From: Candidatus Siliceabacter maunaloa
GTDB taxonomy: Bacteria; Actinomycetota; Thermoleophilia; Solirubrobacterales; Solirubrobacteraceae
Assembly: GCA_024330185.1 (NCBI GenBank)
Contig: JANDLV010000011.1
Location: 19,081-83,080, forward strand
Length of the DNA stretch: 64,000 nucleotides
Direction: 5' to 3'
The translations under genes were made by a program, and so were the position numbers. This document shows positions 1 to 9,285 of the stretch, one piece after another (position 1 is the stretch's first letter; each line of letters begins with the position of its first letter). The notes under the pieces were generated by a model, which had not been told where the DNA came from, did no database searches, and worked only from the letters and a program-made list of their open reading frames with translations.

Positions 1-1
1 C

Positions 2-673
2 GTCGCCCCTGAGCCACGCGAGCGCGCCACGGCCCCTCCGGCGGCGCGCCGCCGCCGCGCGAAGGCACAAGAGGCACCGGTCGCCTCCGACCAGGCGTCT
101 GGCGAGCACGTCCCGCCTGCCGGTAAGAGCCGTGGCGAGCCTGGTCGCTTCCGCCCCTCGGCGGCCGACGAGGCGCAGGCCCGCGCACAGCACGAGCCGG
201 GCCCCAGCCTCACCGAGCTGCTGCGCACCCGCCTCGAGGCGGGTATCGCCGCGGTGCGCGAGCCGCTGACCACCCGCGAGCAGCGGTTGGCCGACGGGCG
301 CACCCCGCGCCAGGAGCGCCTCAGCGAGGCGCCGCTCCACCAGCCGCCCCCCGCCGATCCCGTCCAGGACGCCCGCGCACAGGCCCGCCGCGCCGCGCGG
401 GAGACCTTCGGCGACTGGAGCATCGCCGAGCCGCCGGCTCCGGGTGAGCGGCGCACCATCCAGATCCGCGGCCGCCAGGACGATCCGCCGCGCCTCGCCG
501 GCCGGCGGGCGGGCGGGCATCCAGATCCGATCGTCCGCCGCCCGATGCCCAGCGCCCGCGACCGCATCGACCACCGGCCCGACCGCATCGCGGCCTGGGC
601 GGTCGCCCTGGGGTTCCTGCTCATCCTCATGGCCGCGGGCACGGCCGACGCGGCATCGCTCCCGCTGCCCTAG
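2..673 (+). CDS. hypothetical Pro/Arg/Ala-rich protein with C-terminal TM helix (5' end outside window)
   Basis: The frame is open from base 2 to TAG 671-673, and track ORF 254..673 is its tail. The C-terminus IAAWAVALGFLLILMAAG is hydrophobic. No family recognised. Confidence 0.35.
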   Translation, partial: VAPEPRERATAPPAARRRRAKAQEAPVASDQASGEHVPPAGKSRGEPGRFRPSAADEAQARAQHEPGPSLTELLRTRLEAGIAAVREPLTTREQRLADGRTPRQERLSEAPLHQPPPADPVQDARAQARRAARETFGDWSIAEPPAPGERRTIQIRGRQDDPPRLAGRRAGGHPDPIVRRPMPSARDRIDHRPDRIAAWAVALGFLLILMAAGTADAASLPLP

Positions 674-683
674 TGGGCCACTA

Positions 684-2024
684 GTGGAAGTCGACCGGCC
701 GCGCACGGCGCAGGACGTCCTCGCGCTCGTGCACGAGCGCGACATCCGCTTCGTGCGGCTGTGGTTCACCGACATCCTCGGCCGGCTCAAGTCCTTCTCG
801 ATCAACGCGCAGGAGCTCGACCAGGCCTTCGCGGAGGGCATGGGCTTCGACGGCTCCTCGATCACGGGCTTCAACCCGATCGAGGAGTCCGACATGGTGG
901 CCATGCCCGACCCGGTCACCTTCGCGGTGCTCCCCTGGCGTCCCGACGACCAGGGCGTGGCGCGCCTGTTCTGCGACGTCCTCACTCCGGAGGGCACGCC
1001 CTACGAGGGCGACCCGCGCCACGTCCTGCGCCGTGCCATCGAGCGCATGAGGACGATGGGCTTCGACACCTTCAACGTCGGCCCCGAGCTCGAGTACTTC
1101 CTGTTTCGCGACAGCACGGGCACCGAGGTCCTCGACGAGGGCGGCTACTTCGACCTGACCACCCTGGACGCCGGCTCGGACGTGCGCCGCGAGACCGTCC
1201 TGGCCCTCGAGCAGCTGGGCATCCACGTGGAGTACTCCCACCACGAGGTCGGCCCCTCCCAGCACGAGGTGGACATGCGCCACGCCGACGCGCTGAAGAT
1301 GGCCGACGACTGCATGACCTATCGCATCACGGTCAAGGAGTACGCGCTCAAGTACGGCTGGCACGCGACGTTCATGCCCAAGCCGCTGTTCGGCCACAAC
1401 GGCTCGGGGATGCACACCCACATGTCGCTCTCACGCGACGGGCGCAACGCCTTCTACGACGCCGACGACCCCTATTTCCTCAGTGCCGAGGCGCGCGCGT
1501 TCATCGCCGGCCAGCTTCGCCACGCCCGCGAGCTGAGCGCGATCTTCGCCCAGTGGGTCAACTCCTACAAGCGCCTGGTGCCCGGCTACGAGGCGCCCAC
1601 CTACGTCGCGTGGAGCAGGCGCAACCGCTCCGCGCTTGTGCGCGTGCCGCTCTACCACCCGGGCCGCGAGCGCTCCACCCGGATGGAGCTGCGCTGCCCC
1701 GACCCGGCCTGTAATCCCTATCTCACCTTCGCCGCCCTGCTGCAGGCCGGCCTGGAGGGCATCGAGAAGGGCTACGAGCTGCCCGAGCCGATGGAGCAGA
1801 ACCTCTATCACCTCGCGCCCGACGAGCGCCGGCGGCTGGGGATCGAACAGCTTCCCGAGACGCTGGGGGAGGCCATCGAGCTCCTGGCCGGCTCCGAGCT
1901 GGTGCTGCGCACCCTCGGCGAGCACATGTTCGACCGCTACGTGGAGATCAAGCGCCGTGAGTGGGACGAGTACCGCGTCCAGGTCACCCAGTGGGAGCTG
2001 GACCGCTACCTGCCGGTGCTCTAG
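684..2024 (+). CDS. glnA: glutamine synthetase type I (GSI-alpha-like, 446 aa)
   Basis: Frame of ORF 444..2024. Homology begins at GTG 684 (VEVDRPRTAQDVLALVHERDIRFVRLWFTDILG). Motifs present: GFDGSSI, NVGPELEYFLF, HHEVGPSQHE, NGSGMHTHMS. Confidence 0.9.
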   Translation: MEVDRPRTAQDVLALVHERDIRFVRLWFTDILGRLKSFSINAQELDQAFAEGMGFDGSSITGFNPIEESDMVAMPDPVTFAVLPWRPDDQGVARLFCDVLTPEGTPYEGDPRHVLRRAIERMRTMGFDTFNVGPELEYFLFRDSTGTEVLDEGGYFDLTTLDAGSDVRRETVLALEQLGIHVEYSHHEVGPSQHEVDMRHADALKMADDCMTYRITVKEYALKYGWHATFMPKPLFGHNGSGMHTHMSLSRDGRNAFYDADDPYFLSAEARAFIAGQLRHARELSAIFAQWVNSYKRLVPGYEAPTYVAWSRRNRSALVRVPLYHPGRERSTRMELRCPDPACNPYLTFAALLQAGLEGIEKGYELPEPMEQNLYHLAPDERRRLGIEQLPETLGEAIELLAGSELVLRTLGEHMFDRYVEIKRREWDEYRVQVTQWELDRYLPVL

Positions 2025-2053
2025 CCGCGCGGCCGGGCGGGTAGCGCGGTGAG

Positions 2054-2902
2054 ATGACCATCGCCGACGCAGGAATCTTCACCATCGCCGACCGCACCGT
2101 CCATCGCCTCGGCTTCGGGGCGATGCGCATCACCGGGGAGGGCGTCTGGGGCCCACCCGCCGATCGCGAGCGGGCGCTCGCCGTGCTGCGTCGCTCGCGT
2201 GAGCTGGGCATCGACCTCATCGACACCGCCAACTCCTACGGGCCAGAGGTCAGCGAGGAGCTGATCGCGCAGGCGCTGCATCCGTACGACGAGAATCTGA
2301 CCATCGCCACCAAGGCCGGCCTCACCCGCTCGGGACCCGGCGGGTGGCACGCCGACTGCCGGCCCGAGTCGCTCAAGCACGAGTGCGAGGGCTCGCTGAA
2401 GCGCCTCCAGGTCGACAGCATCGACCTCTTCCAGCTCCACACCGTCGATCGCAAGGTTCCCTACGAGGAGTCGGTCGGCGCCCTCAAGGAGCTCCAGGAC
2501 GAGGGCAAGATCCGCCACATCGGCGTCTCCAACGTCTCCGTGGAGCAGTTGGAGCAGGCCCGCGGGATCGTCGAGGTCCACACCGTCCAGAACCGCTTCA
2601 ACCTCACCGACCGTGCTCACGAGGACGTCCTGGACCACTGCGAGCGCGAGGGGATCGGCTTCATCCCCTACTTCCCGCTGGCCGCCGGCGACCTCGCCAG
2701 CCCCGGCGGGCCCGTCGCCGAGGCGGCAAAGCGCCACGACGCCACACCGGGCCAGGTCGCCCTGGCCTGGCTGCTGGCGCGCAGCGACGTGATGCTGCCC
2801 ATCCCCGGCACCGGCTCGCCCGAGCACCTCGAGGAGAACGCCGGCGCCGGCGGACTGCGCCTGGAGGACGACGAGCTCAGGCGGCTCGAGCAGGCTGCCT
2901 GA
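2054..2902 (+). CDS. aldo/keto reductase family oxidoreductase
   Basis: 282 aa with [22 protein letters not shown] and IRHIGVSN motifs typical of AKRs. Confidence 0.85.
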   Translation: MTIADAGIFTIADRTVHRLGFGAMRITGEGVWGPPADRERALAVLRRSRELGIDLIDTANSYGPEVSEELIAQALHPYDENLTIATKAGLTRSGPGGWHADCRPESLKHECEGSLKRLQVDSIDLFQLHTVDRKVPYEESVGALKELQDEGKIRHIGVSNVSVEQLEQARGIVEVHTVQNRFNLTDRAHEDVLDHCEREGIGFIPYFPLAAGDLASPGGPVAEAAKRHDATPGQVALAWLLARSDVMLPIPGTGSPEHLEENAGAGGLRLEDDELRRLEQAA

Positions 2903-5012
2903 GGGCGTCCGAGGCAGGCTCCGATGGGGGCGGGGCCTCCCCGCCTCCGTCCTCCCGGGCCAGGCGTGAGGGCCACCACACCTTCGGCCCGATGTCCAGC
3001 ACCAGCGCGGGCACGAGGATCGAGCGCACGACGAGGGTGTCCAGCAGCACGCCGAAGGCCACCACGAAGCCGATCTCGGTCAGGAAGACGAGTGGCAGCA
3101 CGCCCAGCGTCGCGAAGGTGCCGGCCAGCACCACGCCGGCCGAGGTGATGACCCCGCCGGTGACGGCCAGGCCGCGCTTCATGCCCTCGCGGGTGCCGTG
3201 GCGCTGCACCTCCTCGCGCACGCGGGCCATGAGGAAGATGTTGTAGTCGACCCCCAGGGCGACCAGGAAGATGAACGCGAACAGCGGGAACGACGGGTCG
3301 CTTCCGGGGAAGCCGAAGACCACGTCGAAGACGACCGCCCCGACGCCCATGGCCGCCAGGAAGGAGAGGACCACGGTGGCGATCAGCAGCGCGGGAGCCA
3401 GAAGCGAGCGCAGCAGCACCACGAGGATCACCGCCACGATGGCCAGCGCGATGGGGATCAGCAGCAGGGTGTCGTAGGCCGACGCGTCACGCAGGTCGTA
3501 CTCCACCGCCGTCGGGCCACCTACGAGCGCCCCGGGCGCCACCCCGCGAACCGCCTCGCGCAGCGGCGCGATCACGTCGAAGGCCTGCGTGCTGTAGGGA
3601 TCGAAGCGCAGCAGCGCGGCGAGTTGGACGGCCTGGTCGTCACCCGCGACCGGCTCGGGGGAGACCCCGGCGACGCCCGCGACCTGCGACGCGGCAGCCA
3701 CCACGGCGTCAACCTGCGAGGGGTCGCGTACGACGATGTCGGTCGGGGCCGACTGGCCCGACGGGAAGGCCTGGGCGATCAGCTCCTGGGCCTGCACCGA
3801 CTCGACCTCCCCGCGGAACGAGTTGGCCGTGGTCAGGCCGTTGGAGTAGTTGAGCAGGCCCAGCGCGAGGACGCCGAGCAGCACGGTGGTGCCCACGGCG
3901 ACCCGGCGCGGCGCGCGGCCGACCCGGTCGCCCAGGCGCCGCCAGGGCCCGTGCGTCTCGTCGGCGCCCCGGTCGCCGAAGTGGGGCACGAAGGGCCAGA
4001 ACGGGCGCCGGCCGACCACCGTGAGCAGCGCGGGCAGGAACGTCAGCATGGCGACCATGGCGATGAAGACGCTCAGCGCGGCCACCGGCCCCATGCCCGA
4101 GGTCCCGTTGACCTTGGCCAGGCTCAGCGACAGCAGCGCCACGGCGACGGTGAGCCCGGAGGCGACGATGGCCGGCCCGGCGCGCCGCAGGGCGAGCGCC
4201 ATGGCCTCGTGCTTGTCCTCGTGGCGGCGCAGCTCCTCGCGGTAGCGCGAGACGAGCAGCAGCGCGTAGTCGGTACCCGCTCCGAGCACCAGCACGGAGG
4301 CGATGGACGACGTCTGGCCGTTGACGGTGATGCCCAGCTCGGTGAGTCCGTAGCCCGCGCCGCGCGCGGCCAGCTCCGCCACGATCACCGCCAGCAGCGG
4401 GAACCACAGGAAGAACGGACTGCGGTAGATCAGGATCAGCAGCACGAAGACCAGCCCGCCGGCGGCCAGCAGCAGCGTCCCGTTGATGGAGGTGAAGATC
4501 TCGATGGCGTCGGCGCTGGCGCCCGCCGGCCCGCCGACCGCCGCCTGCAGCCCGTCGCCGCCCTCGACGACCGCCCGGTAGTCCTCGACGGGCTCGAGGA
4601 TGTCGTCGGACTCGCCGGTGGCCCGCAGCACGTTGGTCACCAGGGCGGTGGTCCCGTCGGGAGAGACCTCGGGGCCCTGGAAGGGCGTCGTGTTGGCGAA
4701 CCGCCCCGTCGCCGCGTTCAGGGCTTCGAGATCCTGCCCGATGGTCGCGCGGTCGGCGGCGGTCAGCCCGCCGTCGCGCTGGTAGACGACGACCGTGGGC
4801 GCCGACTCGGCGCCCTGCAGGCGCTTCGTGATCTCCAGCGCCGCTGTCGACTCCGCGTCGCCCGGCAGGAACGACGTCGACTCGTTCTGCTCGGCCTCGG
4901 TGTACTTGGCGGGCAGGCCGAGGGCGACGATGGCGAGCAGCGCCGCGAACCACACGGCGAGCACGACCCACTTGGAGCGCCGGCCGGCCGAGAGCGTCAG
5001 GAGCTTGGACAT
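2877..5012 (-). CDS. mmpL: MMPL/RND-superfamily membrane transporter
   Basis: ORF 2877..5066 has two 6-TM bundles each preceded by a soluble loop (MMPL layout) and a [13 protein letters not shown]-type motif. The likely start is ATG 5012 ([15 protein letters not shown]). It is divergent from the NRPS. Confidence 0.85.
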   Translation of the reverse strand: MSKLLTLSAGRRSKWVVLAVWFAALLAIVALGLPAKYTEAEQNESTSFLPGDAESTAALEITKRLQGAESAPTVVVYQRDGGLTAADRATIGQDLEALNAATGRFANTTPFQGPEVSPDGTTALVTNVLRATGESDDILEPVEDYRAVVEGGDGLQAAVGGPAGASADAIEIFTSINGTLLLAAGGLVFVLLILIYRSPFFLWFPLLAVIVAELAARGAGYGLTELGITVNGQTSSIASVLVLGAGTDYALLLVSRYREELRRHEDKHEAMALALRRAGPAIVASGLTVAVALLSLSLAKVNGTSGMGPVAALSVFIAMVAMLTFLPALLTVVGRRPFWPFVPHFGDRGADETHGPWRRLGDRVGRAPRRVAVGTTVLLGVLALGLLNYSNGLTTANSFRGEVESVQAQELIAQAFPSGQSAPTDIVVRDPSQVDAVVAAASQVAGVAGVSPEPVAGDDQAVQLAALLRFDPYSTQAFDVIAPLREAVRGVAPGALVGGPTAVEYDLRDASAYDTLLLIPIALAIVAVILVVLLRSLLAPALLIATVVLSFLAAMGVGAVVFDVVFGFPGSDPSFPLFAFIFLVALGVDYNIFLMARVREEVQRHGTREGMKRGLAVTGGVITSAGVVLAGTFATLGVLPLVFLTEIGFVVAFGVLLDTLVVRSILVPALVLDIGPKVWWPSRLAREDGGGEAPPPSEPASDALRQPARAA

Positions 5013-5249
5013 GGTGCGCGGCACTGTAACGGAGTCCAGATTCCGGTTGAGTGCGGTTACCCACACAATCTCGCCCGACGTAGGCCGCGGCGCGGCCGTC
5101 CACGGGCCGGCGGCCCTCGAGCAGGGGCACGTCGCCCGCCCGCGACGACGACATGGGGCCGGTGCGCGCCGCGCACGACGCGCGCCAGGGCGGCCTGCTC
5201 ACCGGCCGGGGCCCACGAGGGCCCGCGACGAGGGTCCGCGCCCTAACTC

Positions 5250-5278
5250 GTTAGGGCTTCCTAAGTAGGCTACCCTAA
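5250..5278. promoter_or_regulatory. two abutting IdeR/DmdR-type iron-box-like sites
   Basis: GTTAGGGCTTCCTAA (5250-5264) and AGTAGGCTACCCTAA (5264-5278) fit the core GTTAGGnnnnCCTAA of the TTAGGTTAGGCTAACCTAA consensus. The palindrome CCCTAActcgTTAGGG lies at 5241-5256. The sites sit between divergent mmpL and the NRPS. Confidence 0.5.
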
Positions 5279-5329
5279 GGCCATGGCTGGACCGGGGATC
5301 TGTCGCGTATTCAACAGAGAGAGCACCAC

Positions 5330-5383
5330 TTGACCGACCCGTTCGAGGACCCCCACGGCAACCGTCGCGCGCTCCCCGGCTAG
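5330..5383 (+). pseudogene. mbtH-like gene stub (17 codons)
   Basis: TTG ACC GAC CCG TTC GAG GAC CCC encodes (L/M)TDPFEDP, against MTNPFEDP for the intact mbtH at 24947. 21 of the first 24 nt are identical. It then diverges and stops at TAG 5381-5383, 15 nt before the NRPS ATG. Confidence 0.45.
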
Positions 5384-5397
5384 CGACCCCGAACGGA

Positions 5398-8300
5398 ATG
5401 GCGCAGTTTCTGACCACTGACCCGTCCGACCCGTCGTCCGCGCAGCAGCCGGTGCCCGAGCTGCGCAGACGGACCGTGTCGCTGTCGGCCCCGGGAGCGG
5501 CCGCGCTCGATGCCGCCGCACAGCGCTTCGCGACGCGGCCGGCGTGCATCGTGGCGGCAGCGGTCGCCGTGTACGTGTCGCGCATCGCCGGTCTGACGGA
5601 CGTCGCACTCGGGCTGGCCGACGACGCAGGCGACGGGGTCCGGACGCTGCGGGTCACGGTCCGTCCGCAAACGACCGTGGACGAGCTTATCGCGGCGGTC
5701 GCGCGCGCGGCCGCGGACCCCAACGCGCGCGCAGGCGAGGTCGCGGGGCCGATCGTAGCGCTCGTCCTGGCGGACGACAAGCCGCGCTTCGGCCACCACA
5801 CCGCCGCGGTCGGCGACCCGCCGACGGGTCCGCTCGACGACCTGTCGGTCGCCGTCCGCGCGGGCCGCTTGCCCGCCGCTGCGACGCTCGAGCTGTGCGC
5901 GGACGCTGAGGTCGTCGGCGCGGACGAGCTCGCCGACCACGAGCGGCGCCTGCTCGGCGTGCTGGACGCCGTCACCGGCACGGGCGGCATAGTCGTCGGT
6001 TCGATCGAGCTGCTCTCGCCGGACGAGCGGCGCACCGTGAGGCAGCTGTCGGGGCCGCCGCAGCGCGCCGTCGACGAGCTCACGTGGACCGCCGCGTTCG
6101 AACGCCGGGCCGCGCTCGATCCCGAGGCCGTCGCCGTGGTCTGCGAGGACGTCGAGCTGACCTACGGGCAGCTCGCCGAGCACGCCCGCGGGCTGGCACG
6201 CACGCTGCTCGCACGTGGCGTGGGTCACGAGGACGTCGTGGCGGTCGCGGTGCCGCGATCGGTCGAGATGGTCGTGGCGCTGCTGGGCGTGATGCAGGCG
6301 GGAGCCGCCTACCTGCCGCTCGACCTCGACCACCCGCCCGACCGCGTCGCCTTCATGCTGCGCGACTCCGGCGCGCGCATCGTCGTGACCGTCTCCGAGC
6401 TCGCCGGCGACCTGCCGGCGGTCGACGGGCTGCAGGCGCTGCTGCTCGACGATCTGCCGGAGGGCGACGAGAACCTCGACCTTCCCGGTCCACTCGTTCT
6501 CGAGCAGGCGGCCTACGTCATCTACACGTCCGGGTCGACCGGCCGCCCGAAGGGCGTCGTCGTGTCGCACGAGGGCATCGGCAGCCTGATCGCGACGGCC
6601 ATCGATCGCCTCGGCGTCGACGCCCGCAGCCGCGTGGCGCAGTTCGCCTCGATCGGCTTCGACGTCGCCGTCTGGGACCTGTGCATGACGCTCGGCGTGG
6701 GCGGCCGCGCCGTCGTCGTTCCCGATTCGAGGCGGGTCGCGGGCGCGCCGCTGACGGACTACCTCGTCGAGCAGCGGGTCACCCACATGATCCTGCCGCC
6801 CTCGCTGGTCGCCGCGCTGCCGCCGGACTGCCCGCTGCCGCAGGGCGCGGTCCTCGTGGTGGGAACGGAGACCGTGCAGACCGAGCTCGTCACCCGCTGG
6901 TCGCAGCGCCTGCGGGTCTTCGCCGCCTACGGGCTGACGGAGGCGACGGTCAACTCGACGCTGTGGCCGGCGCAGCCCGGCTGGGACGAGCCGGTGCCGA
7001 TCGGCCGGCCCGACCCGAACACCCGCGCATACGTCCTTGATACGGCACTGCGTCCGACCGCGGTCGGGGTCACCGGCGAGCTGTACGTCGGCGGCCGCGG
7101 GCTGGCGCGCGGCTACCTCGGCCGGACGGGCCTGTCATCGCAGCGCTTCGTCGCCGATCCGCACGGCCCGCCGGGCAGCCGCATGTACCGCACCGGCGAT
7201 GGGGCTCGCTGGCGGGCGGACGGCTCGCTGGACTTCCTCGGCCGCACCGACGGGCAGGTCAAGATCCGCGGCCATCGCATCGAACCGGGCGAGATCGAGG
7301 CGGTCCTCATGCGCCACCCCGGCGTCGCGCAGGCCGCGGTGATCGCACGCGAGGACCCACCCGACAAGAAGCGGCTCATCGGCTACGTGGTCTGCGGCGG
7401 CGACCCGCTCGACGCGGCCGCGCTGCGCGCGCGCGTCGCCCACCAGCTGCCCGAGCACATGGTCCCGTCGGCAGTCGTCGTCCTCGACGGGCCGCTGCCG
7501 TTGACGCCCAACGGCAAGCTCGATCGTGCGGCGCTGCCGGCGCCGGATTTCACCGCCCTGACGGGCGGCGCCGAGCCGCGCACGCCGGCCGAGCGCACGC
7601 TCGCGGCGCTGTTCGCGCAGACGCTCGGGCTGCCGCGCGTCGGTGTCCACGACGACTTCTTCGCGCTCGGCGGCGACAGCATCGTCGCCATCGGACTCGT
7701 CAGCCGTGCACGTCAGGCCGGGCTGGTGCTGCGGCCGCGCGACGTCTTCGAGCGGCGCACGGTCGCCGCGCTGGCCGCGGTCGCCCAGCAGCGCCAGGCG
7801 CGGTCGGTGGATCCCCGCGACGGGCTCGGCCGGGTCGCGCCGACGCCGATAATGCACTGGCTGCGCGAGCTCGGCGGGGCGATCGGCGGCTTCTACCAGT
7901 CGCTCCTTCTGCAGGCCCCGGACGGCCTGGGTCGTGAGCGGCTGGAGGCGGTTCTCCAGGCACTGCTCGACCACCACGACCTGTTGCGCGCGCGCCTGCG
8001 CCGCGACGACGGCTGGTCGCTGGAGGTGCCGGCGCCCGGGACGGTGCGGGCCGCGGATCTCGTCGCGATCGTCCACGTCGGTGACGGAGGCCTGCGTGAC
8101 GCGATCGCCGAGCAGACCGAGAGGGCGGCGGCACGGCTGGATCCCGATGGCGGTCGCATGGTACAGGTCGTGTGGTTGCACGCCGGTCCGTCGCAGCCCG
8201 GCCGGGTGCTGTTGCTGGTCCACCACTCGGTCGTCGACGGCGTCTCGCTGCGGATCCTGATGACCGACCTCGCCGACGCGTGGGAGGCGATCGCCGCCGG

Positions 8301-9285
8301 CCGCGCTGCGTGCCCGAATGCCGTCGAAACGTCGTTTCGCCGTTGGTCGGAGCTGCTCTCGCAGACGGGGCGCAGCGGAGCGCGCGCCGGCGAGCGCGAG
8401 CTCTGGTTGCAGGCCGCCAACGCCTCCGACCCCTTGCTGGGCGCCCGCCGCCTGGACCCCGGGCGCGACGTCGTCGGCAGCTCGCGCACGCTGACGGTGT
8501 CCCTGCCCGCCGAGCAGACCGCCACGCTGCTGACCACCGTGCCGGCGCTCTACGGGGCGACCGTCAACGACGTGCTGCTGACCGCCCTGGCGGTCGCCGT
8601 CGGACGCTGGCGCGAGCAGCGCGGCCGCCGGACCACCCCCGAGGTCGTCGTCGATCTGGAGGGCCACGGCAGGGAGGACGTCTTCGACGACGTTGATCTC
8701 GCGCGGACCGTCGGCTGGTTCACGACGCTGTTCCCGGTTCGCCTGGACCCCGGTGCCGTCGACTGGGAGGCGTTGTGTCGCGGCAAGCCGGCCGCCGGGC
8801 ACGCGCTGCGGCGCGTCAAGGAGCAGCTGCGTTCGCTGCCCGACCGCGGCCTGGGCTACGGCATCCTGCGACACCTCGACCCCGGCGCGCGCGAGCAGCT
8901 CGCCGCCGCGCCCGCCCCACAGATGCTCTTCAACTACCTCGGCCGCTTCGCGGTGCAGGACGGCACGCCATGGACGCCCGCACCCGAGGCGCCCCCGCTC
9001 GGCGACGTGCGCGATCCGCAGATGCCGATGGGACACGTGCTCGACGTCGACGCCGTCGTGAGCGACGACGACGACGGGCCACGCCTCAGCACGGTCTTCG
9101 CCTGGCCGCGAGAGGTCTTCTCGGAGGCCGAGATCGCCGCTCTGGGCGAGCTGTGGCTCGAGGCGCTCGCCGGGCTGCACGCCCACGCCGGCGAGCCCGG
9201 CGCCGGCGGGCACACGCCGTCGGACTTCCCGCTCGTGACGCTCGATCAGGCCGAGCTCGACGGCTTCGCGGCGTCGGTCACCGAG
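5398..9285 (+). other. NRPS module 1: truncated C (aa ~25-215), A1, T1 (Ser761), E1 (His942-943)
   Basis: The N-terminus aligns only with the post-HHxxxDG half of C domains. LTYGQL is at aa 254, the A3 core at aa 377, NGKLDR at aa 705, FFALGGDS at aa 755-761, and HHSVVDGVS follows. Confidence 0.8.

Noticed and set aside
3198-5246. ORF 3198..5246 (+) 682 aa
   Set aside because: It lies antisense to the MMPL transporter. The composition is His/Arg/Asp/Gly-rich and no family was recognised.
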